A stretch of 32,437 nt of DNA from an uncultured Mycoplasmatota bacterium (GCA_946613765.1 CAMOFW010000002.1:1-32437), one strand, 5' to 3'. Positions 17,792 through 25,530 are shown, numbered from the stretch's first letter. The notes: generated from the letters alone by a model not told the origin. Translations and numbers: made by a program.

Positions 17792-17800
17792 TGCTATAAT
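17792..17800 (+). promoter_or_regulatory. Extended -10 (TGCTATAAT) for the DUF1934-like/rpoE unit
   Basis: TG lies at 17792..17793 and TATAAT at 17795..17800, in the divergent gap between the PBP gene and the 17823 ORF. Confidence 0.5.
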
Positions 17801-17822
17801 GAAACTTGTAAAAATTTAAAGG

Positions 17823-18185
17823 GTGATTACTATTAAAAATTTACTGGATTTTACACTATATAAACAAGATAATGTACAATTATTAAAAAATAGTGTTGCA
17901 TATTTCAAAAAAATTGATAAAATATTGTTCGAAGTGGACAATTCAACGTTTGAATTAATCGTTGATAATAAGGATGTATATCTTAAAAAAGAAACTTCAG
18001 AATATATATTTATATTAGATAGTAAAAAAGAACATGCTTTACTTAATTTAAAACAAGAAAATATATCTTTTGACATATTAATTGAATATATTAATATAGA
18101 CATTAAAGATAATATTTATACTATAGAATATAAACTAGAATCTGATGAAGAAAAAACTAGAATAGAAATTAAATTAAACAATTAG
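17823..18185 (+). CDS. Small conserved protein, possibly DUF1934 (YwiB-like beta-barrel)
   Basis: ORF track, 120 aa. The alternating beta-strand pattern ends in YTIEYKLESDEEKTRIEIKL. The position upstream of rpoE matches Bacilli synteny as I recall it. The GTG start has only a weak, abutting SD, so the start is uncertain. Confidence 0.4.
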   Translation: MITIKNLLDFTLYKQDNVQLLKNSVAYFKKIDKILFEVDNSTFELIVDNKDVYLKKETSEYIFILDSKKEHALLNLKQENISFDILIEYINIDIKDNIYTIEYKLESDEEKTRIEIKLNN

Positions 18186-18196
18186 GAGGAATAAAT

Positions 18197-18634
18197 ATGA
18201 AATTAAAAGATTTATCTAAAGAAGAATTAGAATCAATGAGTTATGATGAAATAGCTTATAAAATATTCGAAGAAGAAAATAAAAAAATGAAATTACCTGA
18301 TTTATTTAAGAAAATATGCAAATTATTAGACTTAGATGAAAGTGAATATGAAAATAGAATTGCTGATTTCTTTCAATTAATCTCTAGAGATCAAAGATTT
18401 ACTATGCTTGATAAAGGTTATTGGGACTTAAAAGAAAAATACAAAGCAAATATTATTATGGATAATGATGAAGAAGAAGAAATCGAAGAAAGTGAAGACG
18501 ATCTAGACATCACTGAAGAAGATGACTCATACAACTATAATGATGATAATGAAGATGATGATGTTGAAGAAGATGACTTAAAAGACTTGGTCATTATATC
18601 TGATGATGAAGAAGATGAAGCAAACATGGCCTAA
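18197..18634 (+). CDS. rpoE: DNA-directed RNA polymerase delta subunit
   Basis: ORF track, 145 aa. The N-terminal HARE-HTH-like domain is SYDEIAYKIFEE...FFQLISRDQRFTMLDKGYWDLKEKY. A long D/E-only tail follows. SD AGGAGG is present. Confidence 0.9.
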   Translation: MKLKDLSKEELESMSYDEIAYKIFEEENKKMKLPDLFKKICKLLDLDESEYENRIADFFQLISRDQRFTMLDKGYWDLKEKYKANIIMDNDEEEEIEESEDDLDITEEDDSYNYNDDNEDDDVEEDDLKDLVIISDDEEDEANMA

Positions 18635-18673
18635 TAGTCGTTTGCTTTATTTTTAATGTAAGGAGAAATACAC

Positions 18674-19729
18674 ATGAACGAAAGATTAGAAAATATTCAA
18701 AAAAAATATGATGAACTAACTGAAGAATTAACTAAACCTGAAGTTCTAGCGGATTTTAATAAATTAAGAGTATTATCTAAAGAGCAAAAAGATTTAGAAG
18801 AAATAGTAGTTAAATATAAAGAATATAAAGCTTGTGAACAAGAAATAAAAGATGCTAAAGAATTAATGCAAGATCCTGAAATGAGAGAATTTGCAACTGA
18901 AGAACTAGAATCAGCTGAAAAAAGATTACCAGTATTAGAACATGAATTAGAATTATTACTATTACCTAAAGACCCTAATGATGAAAAAAATATCATCATG
19001 GAAATTAGAGGAGCAGCTGGAGGAGACGAAGCTAATATCTTTGCAGGTGACTTATTTAGAATGTATTCTAGATATGCTGAAAAACAAGGATGGTCACTTG
19101 AAATTCTTCATGAAGTTGAAGGAGCTGCAGGTGGTTATGCTCAAATCGAATGCTTAATCAAAGGTGACAGTGTTTATTCTAAACTAAAATTTGAATCAGG
19201 ATCTCACAGAGTTCAAAGAGTTCCTGAAACTGAATCAGGTGGTAGAGTTCATACTTCTACTGCAACAGTTGTAGTTATGCCTGAAGTTGATATTCAAGAT
19301 ATTGAAATCAAAGAAAGTGATTTAAAAATCGATGTTTACCACTCATCTGGAGCTGGTGGACAATCAGTAAATACTTCAAACTCAGCAGTTCGTATTACAC
19401 ACGTACCAACAAATACAGTTGTTACATGCCAAATTGAACGTTCACAACTTAAAAATAAAGAAAGAGCTATGCAAATGCTAGCTACTAAACTACATGATGA
19501 AGCAGAAGCTAAAAGAGAATCAGCTGTAGGAGCTGAAAGAAAGAGCAAAGTTGGAACTGGTGATAGATCTGAAAAGATTAGAACATACAACTATCCACAA
19601 AACAGAGTTACTGACCACAGAATTAACTTCTCTATTATGGAATTAGATAAAGTTATGGAAGGTAATATTGACCCAATTATTGAAGCATTAATTACTGAAG
19701 ATCAAAGATTAAAACTTGAGGGTAAATAA
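18674..19729 (+). CDS. prfA: Peptide chain release factor 1
   Basis: ORF track, 351 aa. It has the GGQ motif (SSGAGGQSVNT) and the RF1-type P.T tripeptide (RVPETES). Confidence 0.97.
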   Translation: MNERLENIQKKYDELTEELTKPEVLADFNKLRVLSKEQKDLEEIVVKYKEYKACEQEIKDAKELMQDPEMREFATEELESAEKRLPVLEHELELLLLPKDPNDEKNIIMEIRGAAGGDEANIFAGDLFRMYSRYAEKQGWSLEILHEVEGAAGGYAQIECLIKGDSVYSKLKFESGSHRVQRVPETESGGRVHTSTATVVVMPEVDIQDIEIKESDLKIDVYHSSGAGGQSVNTSNSAVRITHVPTNTVVTCQIERSQLKNKERAMQMLATKLHDEAEAKRESAVGAERKSKVGTGDRSEKIRTYNYPQNRVTDHRINFSIMELDKVMEGNIDPIIEALITEDQRLKLEGK

Positions 19730-20433
19730 TGTTTGATAAATATAATATAAATGATTTAAATAAACTAACTGATGAACAAAAAGAAAAATTAAAAGATAAC
19801 TATCCTATTCAATATCTACTTGGAAGTGTTAACTTCTATGGATATGAATTTAAAGTAGATGAAAGAGTTTTAATACCTAGATATGAAACAGAATATCTAG
19901 TTGATGATACTATAAAGTTAATTAAACAGTATATTAAAGAACCTAAAATCATAGATTTATGCACTGGTTCTGGTTGTATAGCAATATCACTAGCTAAAGA
20001 ACTTAATACTAAAGTAGATGCTCTAGATATATCAAGTGATGCTATTAACTTAGCTAAAGAAAATGCTATAAATAACAATGTAGATATTAACTTTATAAAT
20101 GAAGATATTAAATCATTTAATACTACTAAAAAATATAATGTTATAATTTCTAATCCACCATATGTTAGATTAGATGAACAAATTGGTTTGGAAACTAAAT
20201 ATGAACCTCAAATAGCATTATTTGCAAATGACGAAGGTTTAGAGTTTTATAAAATAATTCTAGATAAATCTAAAGATTTACTAGAAGATAAAAATATAAT
20301 TGCATTTGAAATTGGTGATAAACAAGGAAATTCTATAAAAGAATATGCTTCTAATATTTATCCTAACGCAAACATAATAGTTAAAAAAGATTTAAATAAT
20401 CTTGAAAGATATGTATATATAATCAATGAATAA
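19729..20433 (+). CDS. prmC: Release factor glutamine N5-methyltransferase PrmC (HemK)
   Basis: ORF track, 234 aa. It has the NPPY motif (ISNPPYV) and the SAM motif DLCTGSGCIA. Its ATG overlaps the prfA TAA by 1 nt. Confidence 0.92.
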   Translation: MFDKYNINDLNKLTDEQKEKLKDNYPIQYLLGSVNFYGYEFKVDERVLIPRYETEYLVDDTIKLIKQYIKEPKIIDLCTGSGCIAISLAKELNTKVDALDISSDAINLAKENAINNNVDINFINEDIKSFNTTKKYNVIISNPPYVRLDEQIGLETKYEPQIALFANDEGLEFYKIILDKSKDLLEDKNIIAFEIGDKQGNSIKEYASNIYPNANIIVKKDLNNLERYVYIINE

Positions 20434-20449
20434 TTGATTATATTTTTTT
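20421..20449 (+). terminator. Intrinsic terminator after prmC
   Basis: AATCAAT (20421..20427) pairs with ATTGATT (20433..20439). The loop is GAATA, followed by ATATTTTTTT. Confidence 0.55.
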
Positions 20450-20494
20450 GTTTAAAAATATTAATTTATCATCATAACTAATATGGTGATACCA

Positions 20495-20998
20495 ATGAAA
20501 AAGATAATTATTATACTATTTATAATATCTTCAATATATTTAATAAATAATAAAGATGAAGTAATAATACCTAAACAGTCTATAAGATTTAGAATAATAG
20601 CAAATTCTAATTCCATCGAAGATCAAAATCTTAAAAATACTATAAAAGAAGACTTAATTAATAATATATTACCTACTCTAGATTATAATGATATTGATAA
20701 CTCTATAAATAAATCCATCCCTTTATTAAAAGATAATTTAAATAAATATAATACTACTTATGATATATCTTATGGATATAATTATTTTCCTAAGAAAACA
20801 TATAAAGGTATAACTTATCCATCAGGTAATTATAAGTCTCTAGTTATTACTTTAAATAAAGGATTAGGTAATAATTTCTTTTGTATTTTATATCCCCCTC
20901 TATGTCTAATTAATGATGATAATACATCCGATATTGAGTATAAATCTCTTATTATAGACACCATAAATAACTATACACACAAAACTTCGAAGAAATAA
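20495..20998 (+). CDS. spoIIR: Stage II sporulation protein R (SpoIIR family)
   Basis: ORF track 20483..20998. I prefer ATG 20495, 5 nt after GGTGA. It has a signal/TM segment followed by IRFRIIANSNSIEDQNLKNTIKEDL and NFFCILYPPLC. These match the SpoIIR signatures R.HV.ANSDS..DQ..K and WWCV.FPPLC. Confidence 0.8.
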   Translation: MKKIIIILFIISSIYLINNKDEVIIPKQSIRFRIIANSNSIEDQNLKNTIKEDLINNILPTLDYNDIDNSINKSIPLLKDNLNKYNTTYDISYGYNYFPKKTYKGITYPSGNYKSLVITLNKGLGNNFFCILYPPLCLINDDNTSDIEYKSLIIDTINNYTHKTSKK

Positions 20999-21005
20999 GA
21001 ATAAT

Positions 21006-21035
21006 TTGACAAGTGCCGTCATTTAATTATATAGT
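21006..21035 (+). promoter_or_regulatory. Candidate sigma-A promoter of murA
   Basis: TTGACA at 21006..21011, an 18-nt spacer, and TATAGT at 21030..21035. Confidence 0.55.
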
Positions 21036-21064
21036 AGTGATATAGAGATAGGATAGATTTATTT

Positions 21065-22315
21065 ATGGCAAAATTAATTATTGAAGGCAATAAAGAATTA
21101 AGTGGGACAATAAATATAAGTGGAGCTAAAAATAGTGCTGTAGCACTAATACCTGCTGCCATTTTAAGTGATGAAGAAGTAACAATAGATAATATACCTA
21201 ATATATCTGATATAGATGCATTAACTGAAATATTAGAATATCTAGGAGCTAAAGTATCTAGAGATGATACTTTAATGAAAATAGATACAAGATCTATTGT
21301 TAATAAACCAATACCAGAAAATATATCTGCTAAATTAAGAGCATCATATTATTTTATGTCAGCTCTTCTAGGTAAGTATAAACATGTAGAAATGTATTTT
21401 CCAGGTGGATGTAAGATTGGTAAAAGACCTATAGATCAAACATTAAAAGCATTTGAAGCACTAGGTGCAATTGTAGAAGAAGATAATAACAAATATATAA
21501 TAGATGCTGAAGAACTAAAAGGTACTACTATTTATTTAGATATGCCTTCCGTTGGAGCAACTATTAATACTATATTAGTAGCATGTCGTGCTAAGGGTAC
21601 AACAATATTAAGAAATGCTGCTAAAGAACCAGAAATAGTAAATGTTGAAACATTCCTAAACCAATTAGGAGCAAAGATAACTGGTGCAGGTACATCTGAA
21701 ATTAAAATTAGAGGTGTTGAAAAATTATCTTCAGGATTTACTGAAGTAATTCCAGACCGTATCGAAGCCGGAACATACGTTATTCTTGGTGCATTAATTG
21801 GTAATAATTTAAAAATTAATAATATAATACCTGATCATATTAGATCTTTAACATCAAAATTAAGTGAAATGGGTATTCCAATGACTATAGATACTAGTTC
21901 AATTACTATATCTAAATCAGAGAAAAAGAATCCAGTAGCAATTACAACACTTGGATATCCAGGTTTTGCAACAGACCTACAACAACCTGTTACTACCCTA
22001 CTAACTCAATGCCAAGGTGTTTCACTTCTTACTGAGACAATCTATGAAAACAGATTCCAAAACGTTGAATATCTAAATAAAATGGGTGCTAATATAATAA
22101 TTAAAGATAAAACAATTGAAATATATGGTCCTACTAAACTTAAAGGCTGTGAAGTTAAAGCAACAGACCTAAGAGCAGGAGCTTGTTTAGTACTTGCTGG
22201 TTTAATAGCGGAAGGTAAAACAATTGTTACTGATGTAGAACATATCTTAAGAGGATATGAAAACATTGTTGAAAAACTATCAAATGTTGGTGCTAAAATT
22301 ACATTAGAAAAATAA
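21065..22315 (+). CDS. murA: UDP-N-acetylglucosamine 1-carboxyvinyltransferase
   Basis: ORF track, 416 aa. The N-terminus is ISGAKNSAVALIPAA, the active-site Cys loop is PGGCKIGKRPID, and the C-terminus is RGYENIVEKL. Confidence 0.97.
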   Translation: MAKLIIEGNKELSGTINISGAKNSAVALIPAAILSDEEVTIDNIPNISDIDALTEILEYLGAKVSRDDTLMKIDTRSIVNKPIPENISAKLRASYYFMSALLGKYKHVEMYFPGGCKIGKRPIDQTLKAFEALGAIVEEDNNKYIIDAEELKGTTIYLDMPSVGATINTILVACRAKGTTILRNAAKEPEIVNVETFLNQLGAKITGAGTSEIKIRGVEKLSSGFTEVIPDRIEAGTYVILGALIGNNLKINNIIPDHIRSLTSKLSEMGIPMTIDTSSITISKSEKKNPVAITTLGYPGFATDLQQPVTTLLTQCQGVSLLTETIYENRFQNVEYLNKMGANIIIKDKTIEIYGPTKLKGCEVKATDLRAGACLVLAGLIAEGKTIVTDVEHILRGYENIVEKLSNVGAKITLEK

Positions 22316-22341
22316 AATAGTATTAATATACTATTTTTTTT
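22314..22341 (+). terminator. Intrinsic terminator after murA
   Basis: ATAGTAT (22317..22323) pairs with ATACTAT (22328..22334). The loop is TAAT, the stem is extended by A/T pairs, and a long T-run follows. Confidence 0.65.
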
Positions 22342-22352
22342 ATGGTGATTTT

Positions 22353-22898
22353 ATGAAATTTAAATATCTTATAATGATAATAATTGCTATATTTAGTGTC
22401 TATATAATATATAATCGTAACTATAATAAAGTAATTAATATATTATCTATTTCTAGTGTTAAAGATAACTATAACCCTACTTTATCTAATTATTTATCTA
22501 ATAGTAATTTAAAATTTAATTTAAATATAGACTATTCGACTAATCTGGAAATAGAAAACTTGATAGGTCTTATTAATAACAATAATAATAAAATACAAAG
22601 TAAAATAAATAACAGCGATATTATAATACTTAATATTGGAAATATAGATATCTTAACTGAGGATACTAAAACTATCATTAATGAATTAAAAAAATTATTT
22701 ATTATTTTAAGAAAAATAAACTCCAAACAAATAATATATATAAGTCCAAATAATATTAAAAATACTATATATATTAAAGAATTATGCCAAAAATATAATA
22801 TATTATTTATAAATAGTTCATCATTTAATAATAACGAACAATTATCAAAGACAATATATCGTAAAATAGAAAGTCAATATAATGCTAAAAAGGATTGA
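22353..22898 (+). CDS. Membrane-anchored hypothetical protein (possibly a degenerate SGNH/GDSL-like fold)
   Basis: ORF track, 181 aa. It has an N-terminal TM helix. ILSISSV stands where a GDS block would be, IIILNIGNID resembles the G.ND block, and I see no D..H block. SD GGTGA is present and the stop is TGA. Confidence 0.35.
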   Translation: MKFKYLIMIIIAIFSVYIIYNRNYNKVINILSISSVKDNYNPTLSNYLSNSNLKFNLNIDYSTNLEIENLIGLINNNNNKIQSKINNSDIIILNIGNIDILTEDTKTIINELKKLFIILRKINSKQIIYISPNNIKNTIYIKELCQKYNILFINSSSFNNNEQLSKTIYRKIESQYNAKKD

Positions 22899-22922
22899 TT
22901 TATTCAAAAAATATGCTATAAT
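22895..22922 (+). promoter_or_regulatory. Candidate sigma-A promoter of rpmE
   Basis: TTGATT at 22895..22900 overlaps the upstream TGA stop. A 16-nt spacer follows, then extended -10 TGCTATAAT with TATAAT at 22917..22922. Confidence 0.55.
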
Positions 22923-22943
22923 ACTCTAGGTAAATGAATTACT

Positions 22944-22962
22944 ATGTTTAAAAATTAAACAT
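22944..22962 (+). promoter_or_regulatory. 5' leader hairpin of rpmE
   Basis: ATGTTTAA (22944..22951) and TTAAACAT (22955..22962) form a perfect 8-bp stem with a 3-nt loop. It lies between the predicted -10 and the SD AAAGGAG. Confidence 0.4.
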
Positions 22963-22981
22963 GGCGAAAGGAGAAATTATC

Positions 22982-23200
22982 ATGGCAAAGAAAGATATTC
23001 ATCCAACAATGTATGAAACTGAAGTTGAATGTGTATGTGGTGCAAAATTCACTGTTAAATCAACTAAAGAAAAGATTCACTGTGAAGTTTGTTCAGAATG
23101 TCATCCATTCTACACAGGAGCACAAGGTAGAGTTAAAAAAGCTGGTGCAATTGACAAATTCAACAAAAAGTATGGATTTAATGATAAAGCTGCTAAGTAA
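22982..23200 (+). CDS. rpmE: 50S ribosomal protein L31 (zinc-binding type A)
   Basis: ORF track 22961..23200. I prefer ATG 22982 (MAKKDIHP...), preceded by AAAGGAG. Cys motifs are CVCG and CSECHPFYTG. Confidence 0.95.
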   Translation: MAKKDIHPTMYETEVECVCGAKFTVKSTKEKIHCEVCSECHPFYTGAQGRVKKAGAIDKFNKKYGFNDKAAK

Positions 23201-23211
23201 GCAGTTTTTTT
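23186..23211 (+). terminator. Intrinsic terminator after rpmE
   Basis: CTGCT (23190..23194) pairs with AGCAG (23200..23204). The stem is extendable by G-U and A-U pairs, the loop is AAGTA, and a T-run lies at 23205..23211. Confidence 0.5.
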
Positions 23212-23297
23212 CATGCCTTAAAGTGTAAAGTAATATTTCAACAACTTTAAAAATAATTATAGATATGATATTCTAAATAATGAAAGAAGGTATGTAT

Positions 23298-23747
23298 ATG
23301 AGTATATATATAGCATCAGATCATAGAGGTGTAGCTTTAGTAGAATTTTTAGCTAGAGAACTATCTAAAGAAACAAGAGTTGTTACTAGTAAAATAGAAC
23401 ACTCAGCAGAAGATGATTATCCAGACTTTGCTTTTGACGTATGTATGCATATGAATAAAGTTAATGATTTAGGTATCTTAATCTGTGGTAATGGAGTTGG
23501 TATTGCAATTGCCGCAAATAAAGTTAAAGGCATTCGTTGTGGTCGAGTTGTATCAATAGATGATGCAAAAGCTGCAAAAGAACATAATCATGCAAATGTA
23601 ATATCACTACCTGCATCTATTGACCCATCTTTAGCACTAGAAATCTGTAAAACCTTTATTGAAACTATTCCATCTCAAGAAGATAGACATGTAAGAAGAG
23701 TTAATAAGATAACTATGTATGAAAATGGTGAATATAATGCAATTTAA
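23298..23747 (+). CDS. rpiB: Ribose-5-phosphate isomerase B (RpiB/LacAB family)
   Basis: ORF track 23280..23747. I prefer ATG 23298 (MSIYIASDHRG...). Motifs are ICGNGVGIAIAANK and NANVISLPA. Confidence 0.9.
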   Translation: MSIYIASDHRGVALVEFLARELSKETRVVTSKIEHSAEDDYPDFAFDVCMHMNKVNDLGILICGNGVGIAIAANKVKGIRCGRVVSIDDAKAAKEHNHANVISLPASIDPSLALEICKTFIETIPSQEDRHVRRVNKITMYENGEYNAI

Positions 23748-23925
23748 AATATATATTTATGTAATATCTGTAATGCTATCAGCATATACTTTAACAGGTG
23801 TAAATTTTGATAGTATTATCAAAAAAAATAAAAAAATTGAAGCAAGATTATTAGTAATCCTACTTAGTTTTATTATGGGTTACTTAATAACTAATTTTAT
23901 CGTTGATTTTACTTCAAGTTTTTAA
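23737..23925 (+). CDS. Small two-TM membrane protein, DUF1146 (YwzB-like)
   Basis: ORF track 23719..23925. I prefer ATG 23737, 5 nt after GGTGA. The pattern L.GVNFDSIIKK.K.IEARLLVILLSFIMGYLITNFIVDF matches B. subtilis YwzB as I remember it. It overlaps the rpiB end by 11 nt, and the neighbourhood with murA/spoIID matches Bacillus. Confidence 0.6.
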   Translation: MQFKIYIYVISVMLSAYTLTGVNFDSIIKKNKKIEARLLVILLSFIMGYLITNFIVDFTSSF

Positions 23926-23933
23926 GGAGATAT

Positions 23934-24797
23934 ATGAATAATAAACTATTAATATTAATAATAATTATCCTTATAATTATTACTATATGCATTAAACCCA
24001 AAGAAGTATTAATAGAAAATAAAGATATTGAAGTATTATTAGATAATAATAAATTATCATTACAGGATTATTTAATTGGAGTAGTTGGTTGTGAAATGCC
24101 AGCTTCTTTTCATTATGAGGCATTAAAAGCCCAAGCAGTTGCATCTCGAACATTTGCCTATAACTATCTAAAAGATAACATAATTAATATAAATTCATCA
24201 GCACAATGTTATAGTAATAACAATGCTTTAAAAGATAAATGGCAAGATAATTATGATAAATATTACTCTATTATAAAAAAAGCTGTTGAAGAAACAAATA
24301 ATAAAGTTATTACTTATCAAGGTAACATTATTAAATCTTATTATTTTGCTATTAGTAATGGTAAAACATCAACAGCACTAAGCGTTTTTAATGAAGACCT
24401 CCCCTACCTTACTAATGTTGATTCTACTTTTGATGAAGGAGTTAATAAATATGAAGTAACTACTACATTTACCTATGATAACTTCTGTAATCTTTTAAAT
24501 ATAAATCCATGTAATATAACGATATCTAACATAAAAAGAGATGAATCAAATCGTATTACTTCCCTATTTATTAATGATAAAGAATATGATGGTATTACTT
24601 TAAGAAAACAACTAGGTTTAAGATCTACAGACTTTGATATTAAGTTGTTAGATAATATAAAAATAACTACCAAAGGATATGGACATGGCGTTGGAATGAG
24701 TCAATATGGAGCTAATTATTTAGCTAATAATAACTATTCTTATGAAGAAATAATAAAATATTATTATAAAGATGTAGAAATAACAAGTATAAATTAA
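23934..24797 (+). CDS. spoIID: Stage II sporulation protein D (SpoIID/LytB lytic transglycosylase)
   Basis: ORF track, 287 aa. It has a TM anchor and the motifs EALKAQAVASRTFAY and GYGHGVGMSQYGANYLA. SD AAGGAG is present. Confidence 0.9.
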   Translation: MNNKLLILIIIILIIITICIKPKEVLIENKDIEVLLDNNKLSLQDYLIGVVGCEMPASFHYEALKAQAVASRTFAYNYLKDNIININSSAQCYSNNNALKDKWQDNYDKYYSIIKKAVEETNNKVITYQGNIIKSYYFAISNGKTSTALSVFNEDLPYLTNVDSTFDEGVNKYEVTTTFTYDNFCNLLNINPCNITISNIKRDESNRITSLFINDKEYDGITLRKQLGLRSTDFDIKLLDNIKITTKGYGHGVGMSQYGANYLANNNYSYEEIIKYYYKDVEITSIN

Positions 24798-24803
24798 TAA
24801 TAA

Positions 24804-24834
24804 TTGTTCACACTTTTAATAGGAAGGTGAACAA
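24804..24834 (+). promoter_or_regulatory. Perfect 8-bp inverted repeat enclosing the SD of the SpoIIQ-like gene
   Basis: TTGTTCAC (24804..24811) and GTGAACAA (24827..24834) flank a 15-nt loop. The SD GGAAGG lies in the loop. The 3' arm ends at the base immediately before ATG 24835. Confidence 0.45.
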
Positions 24835-25473
24835 ATGAAGAAAAAACTAAGATTAAGAGGATATGTGGTTTATACTTTAATAGCGTTATTACTTGGTGTT
24901 ATAGCCTACTCAGGATATGAAATATATAAAATAGTCCAAGAAGATTCTACAGATATGGTAACTGATAATTATGTTAATAAAGAAATTAAAGAACGTATTA
25001 TTCCAACTATTACTGTCAATGAAGAAGTAACTAAACCATATGATGATGAATCCGTTACTATTACTATCCCCTACTATAACGAAAATGATGAAGACAAAAA
25101 ACAACAAGATGCCCTAATCTACTATGAAAATATCTATATGCAAAATACAGGCATAATGTATACTTCATCTAATAAATTTAATGTATTAGCTACTCTAGAT
25201 GGTACAGTTAAAAACATTAAAGATGATGAAATAATGGGTAAAATAATTGAAATAGAACATAATCCTAATGTTATAACTATATATCAAAGTGTAGATAGTA
25301 TTAATGTAAGTGTAGGACAAAAAGTAAGTCAAGGTCAAATAATTGCTCAAGCATCTAACAATCCTATCGTTGATAATAATACCTATGCCCTACACTTTGA
25401 GGTATATAAAAACGGACAATTAATTAATCCTGAATCATTTCTAAAAATGACTAAACAAGAAATAAACGAATAA
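24835..25473 (+). CDS. Membrane-anchored degenerate LytM (M23) domain protein, SpoIIQ-like
   Basis: ORF track, 212 aa. It has an N-terminal TM helix and a C-terminal LytM fold (ATLDGTVKNI, IIEIEHNPNVITIYQSV, VGQKVSQGQIIAQ, YALHFEVYKNGQLINP). NTGIMY replaces H..GID, YQSV replaces Y.H. and ALH replaces HLH. The position right after spoIID matches what I recall for clostridial spoIIQ. Confidence 0.6.
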   Translation: MKKKLRLRGYVVYTLIALLLGVIAYSGYEIYKIVQEDSTDMVTDNYVNKEIKERIIPTITVNEEVTKPYDDESVTITIPYYNENDEDKKQQDALIYYENIYMQNTGIMYTSSNKFNVLATLDGTVKNIKDDEIMGKIIEIEHNPNVITIYQSVDSINVSVGQKVSQGQIIAQASNNPIVDNNTYALHFEVYKNGQLINPESFLKMTKQEINE

Positions 25474-25492
25474 ATCCCCTACTTTATTAAAT

Positions 25493-25520
25493 AGATACTT
25501 AATTTTAAGTATCTTTTTTT
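25493..25520 (+). terminator. Intrinsic terminator after the SpoIIQ-like gene
   Basis: The palindrome is AGATACTTAA (25493..25502) TT TTAAGTATCT (25505..25514). A T-run follows at 25515..25520. Confidence 0.7.
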
Positions 25521-25530
25521 AATGTTTATA

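Noticed and set aside
17816-18103. A 95-aa minus-strand ORF overlapping the DUF1934-like gene, and a 100-aa ORF at 18697..18999 antisense to prfA
   Set aside because: Both are shadow frames of plus-strand genes. The plus-strand genes have SDs, sensible neighbours and, for prfA, unambiguous motifs.
20450-20480. A forespore sigma-F/sigma-G type promoter upstream of spoIIR (GTTTA ... CATCATA)
   Set aside because: CATCATA fits the sigma-G CAT..TA -10 pattern. However, the -35 is poor, the 15-nt spacing fits neither consensus well, and no GG..A.A -10 of sigma-F type is present. The evidence is too weak to call.
23219-23251. An inverted repeat TTAAAGT ... ACTTTAA in the rpmE-rpiB gap, as a possible sRNA or riboswitch element
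   Set aside because: It is only a 7-bp all-A/T-rich stem with a 19-nt loop and no flanking conservation signal. The 97-bp gap is otherwise explained by the rpmE terminator and the rpiB SD.
402-25107. Thirteen short ORFs in the six-frame track. They are 402..596(+), 3319..3543(+), 11654..11914(-), 13137..13394(-), 13980..14168(-), 15316..15522(-) and 19336..19590(-). The rest are 19836..20078(-), 22042..22266(-), 22532..22726(-), 23013..23228(+), 24473..24673(-) and 24910..25107(-).
   Set aside because: Each lies antisense to, or out of frame within, a confidently identified conserved gene (3319..3543 also spans the recF-comK gap). They have Ser/Leu/Ile/Phe-rich shadow-frame composition, no SD and no recognisable motif. 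They are the expected by-product of strong codon bias in AT-rich DNA.
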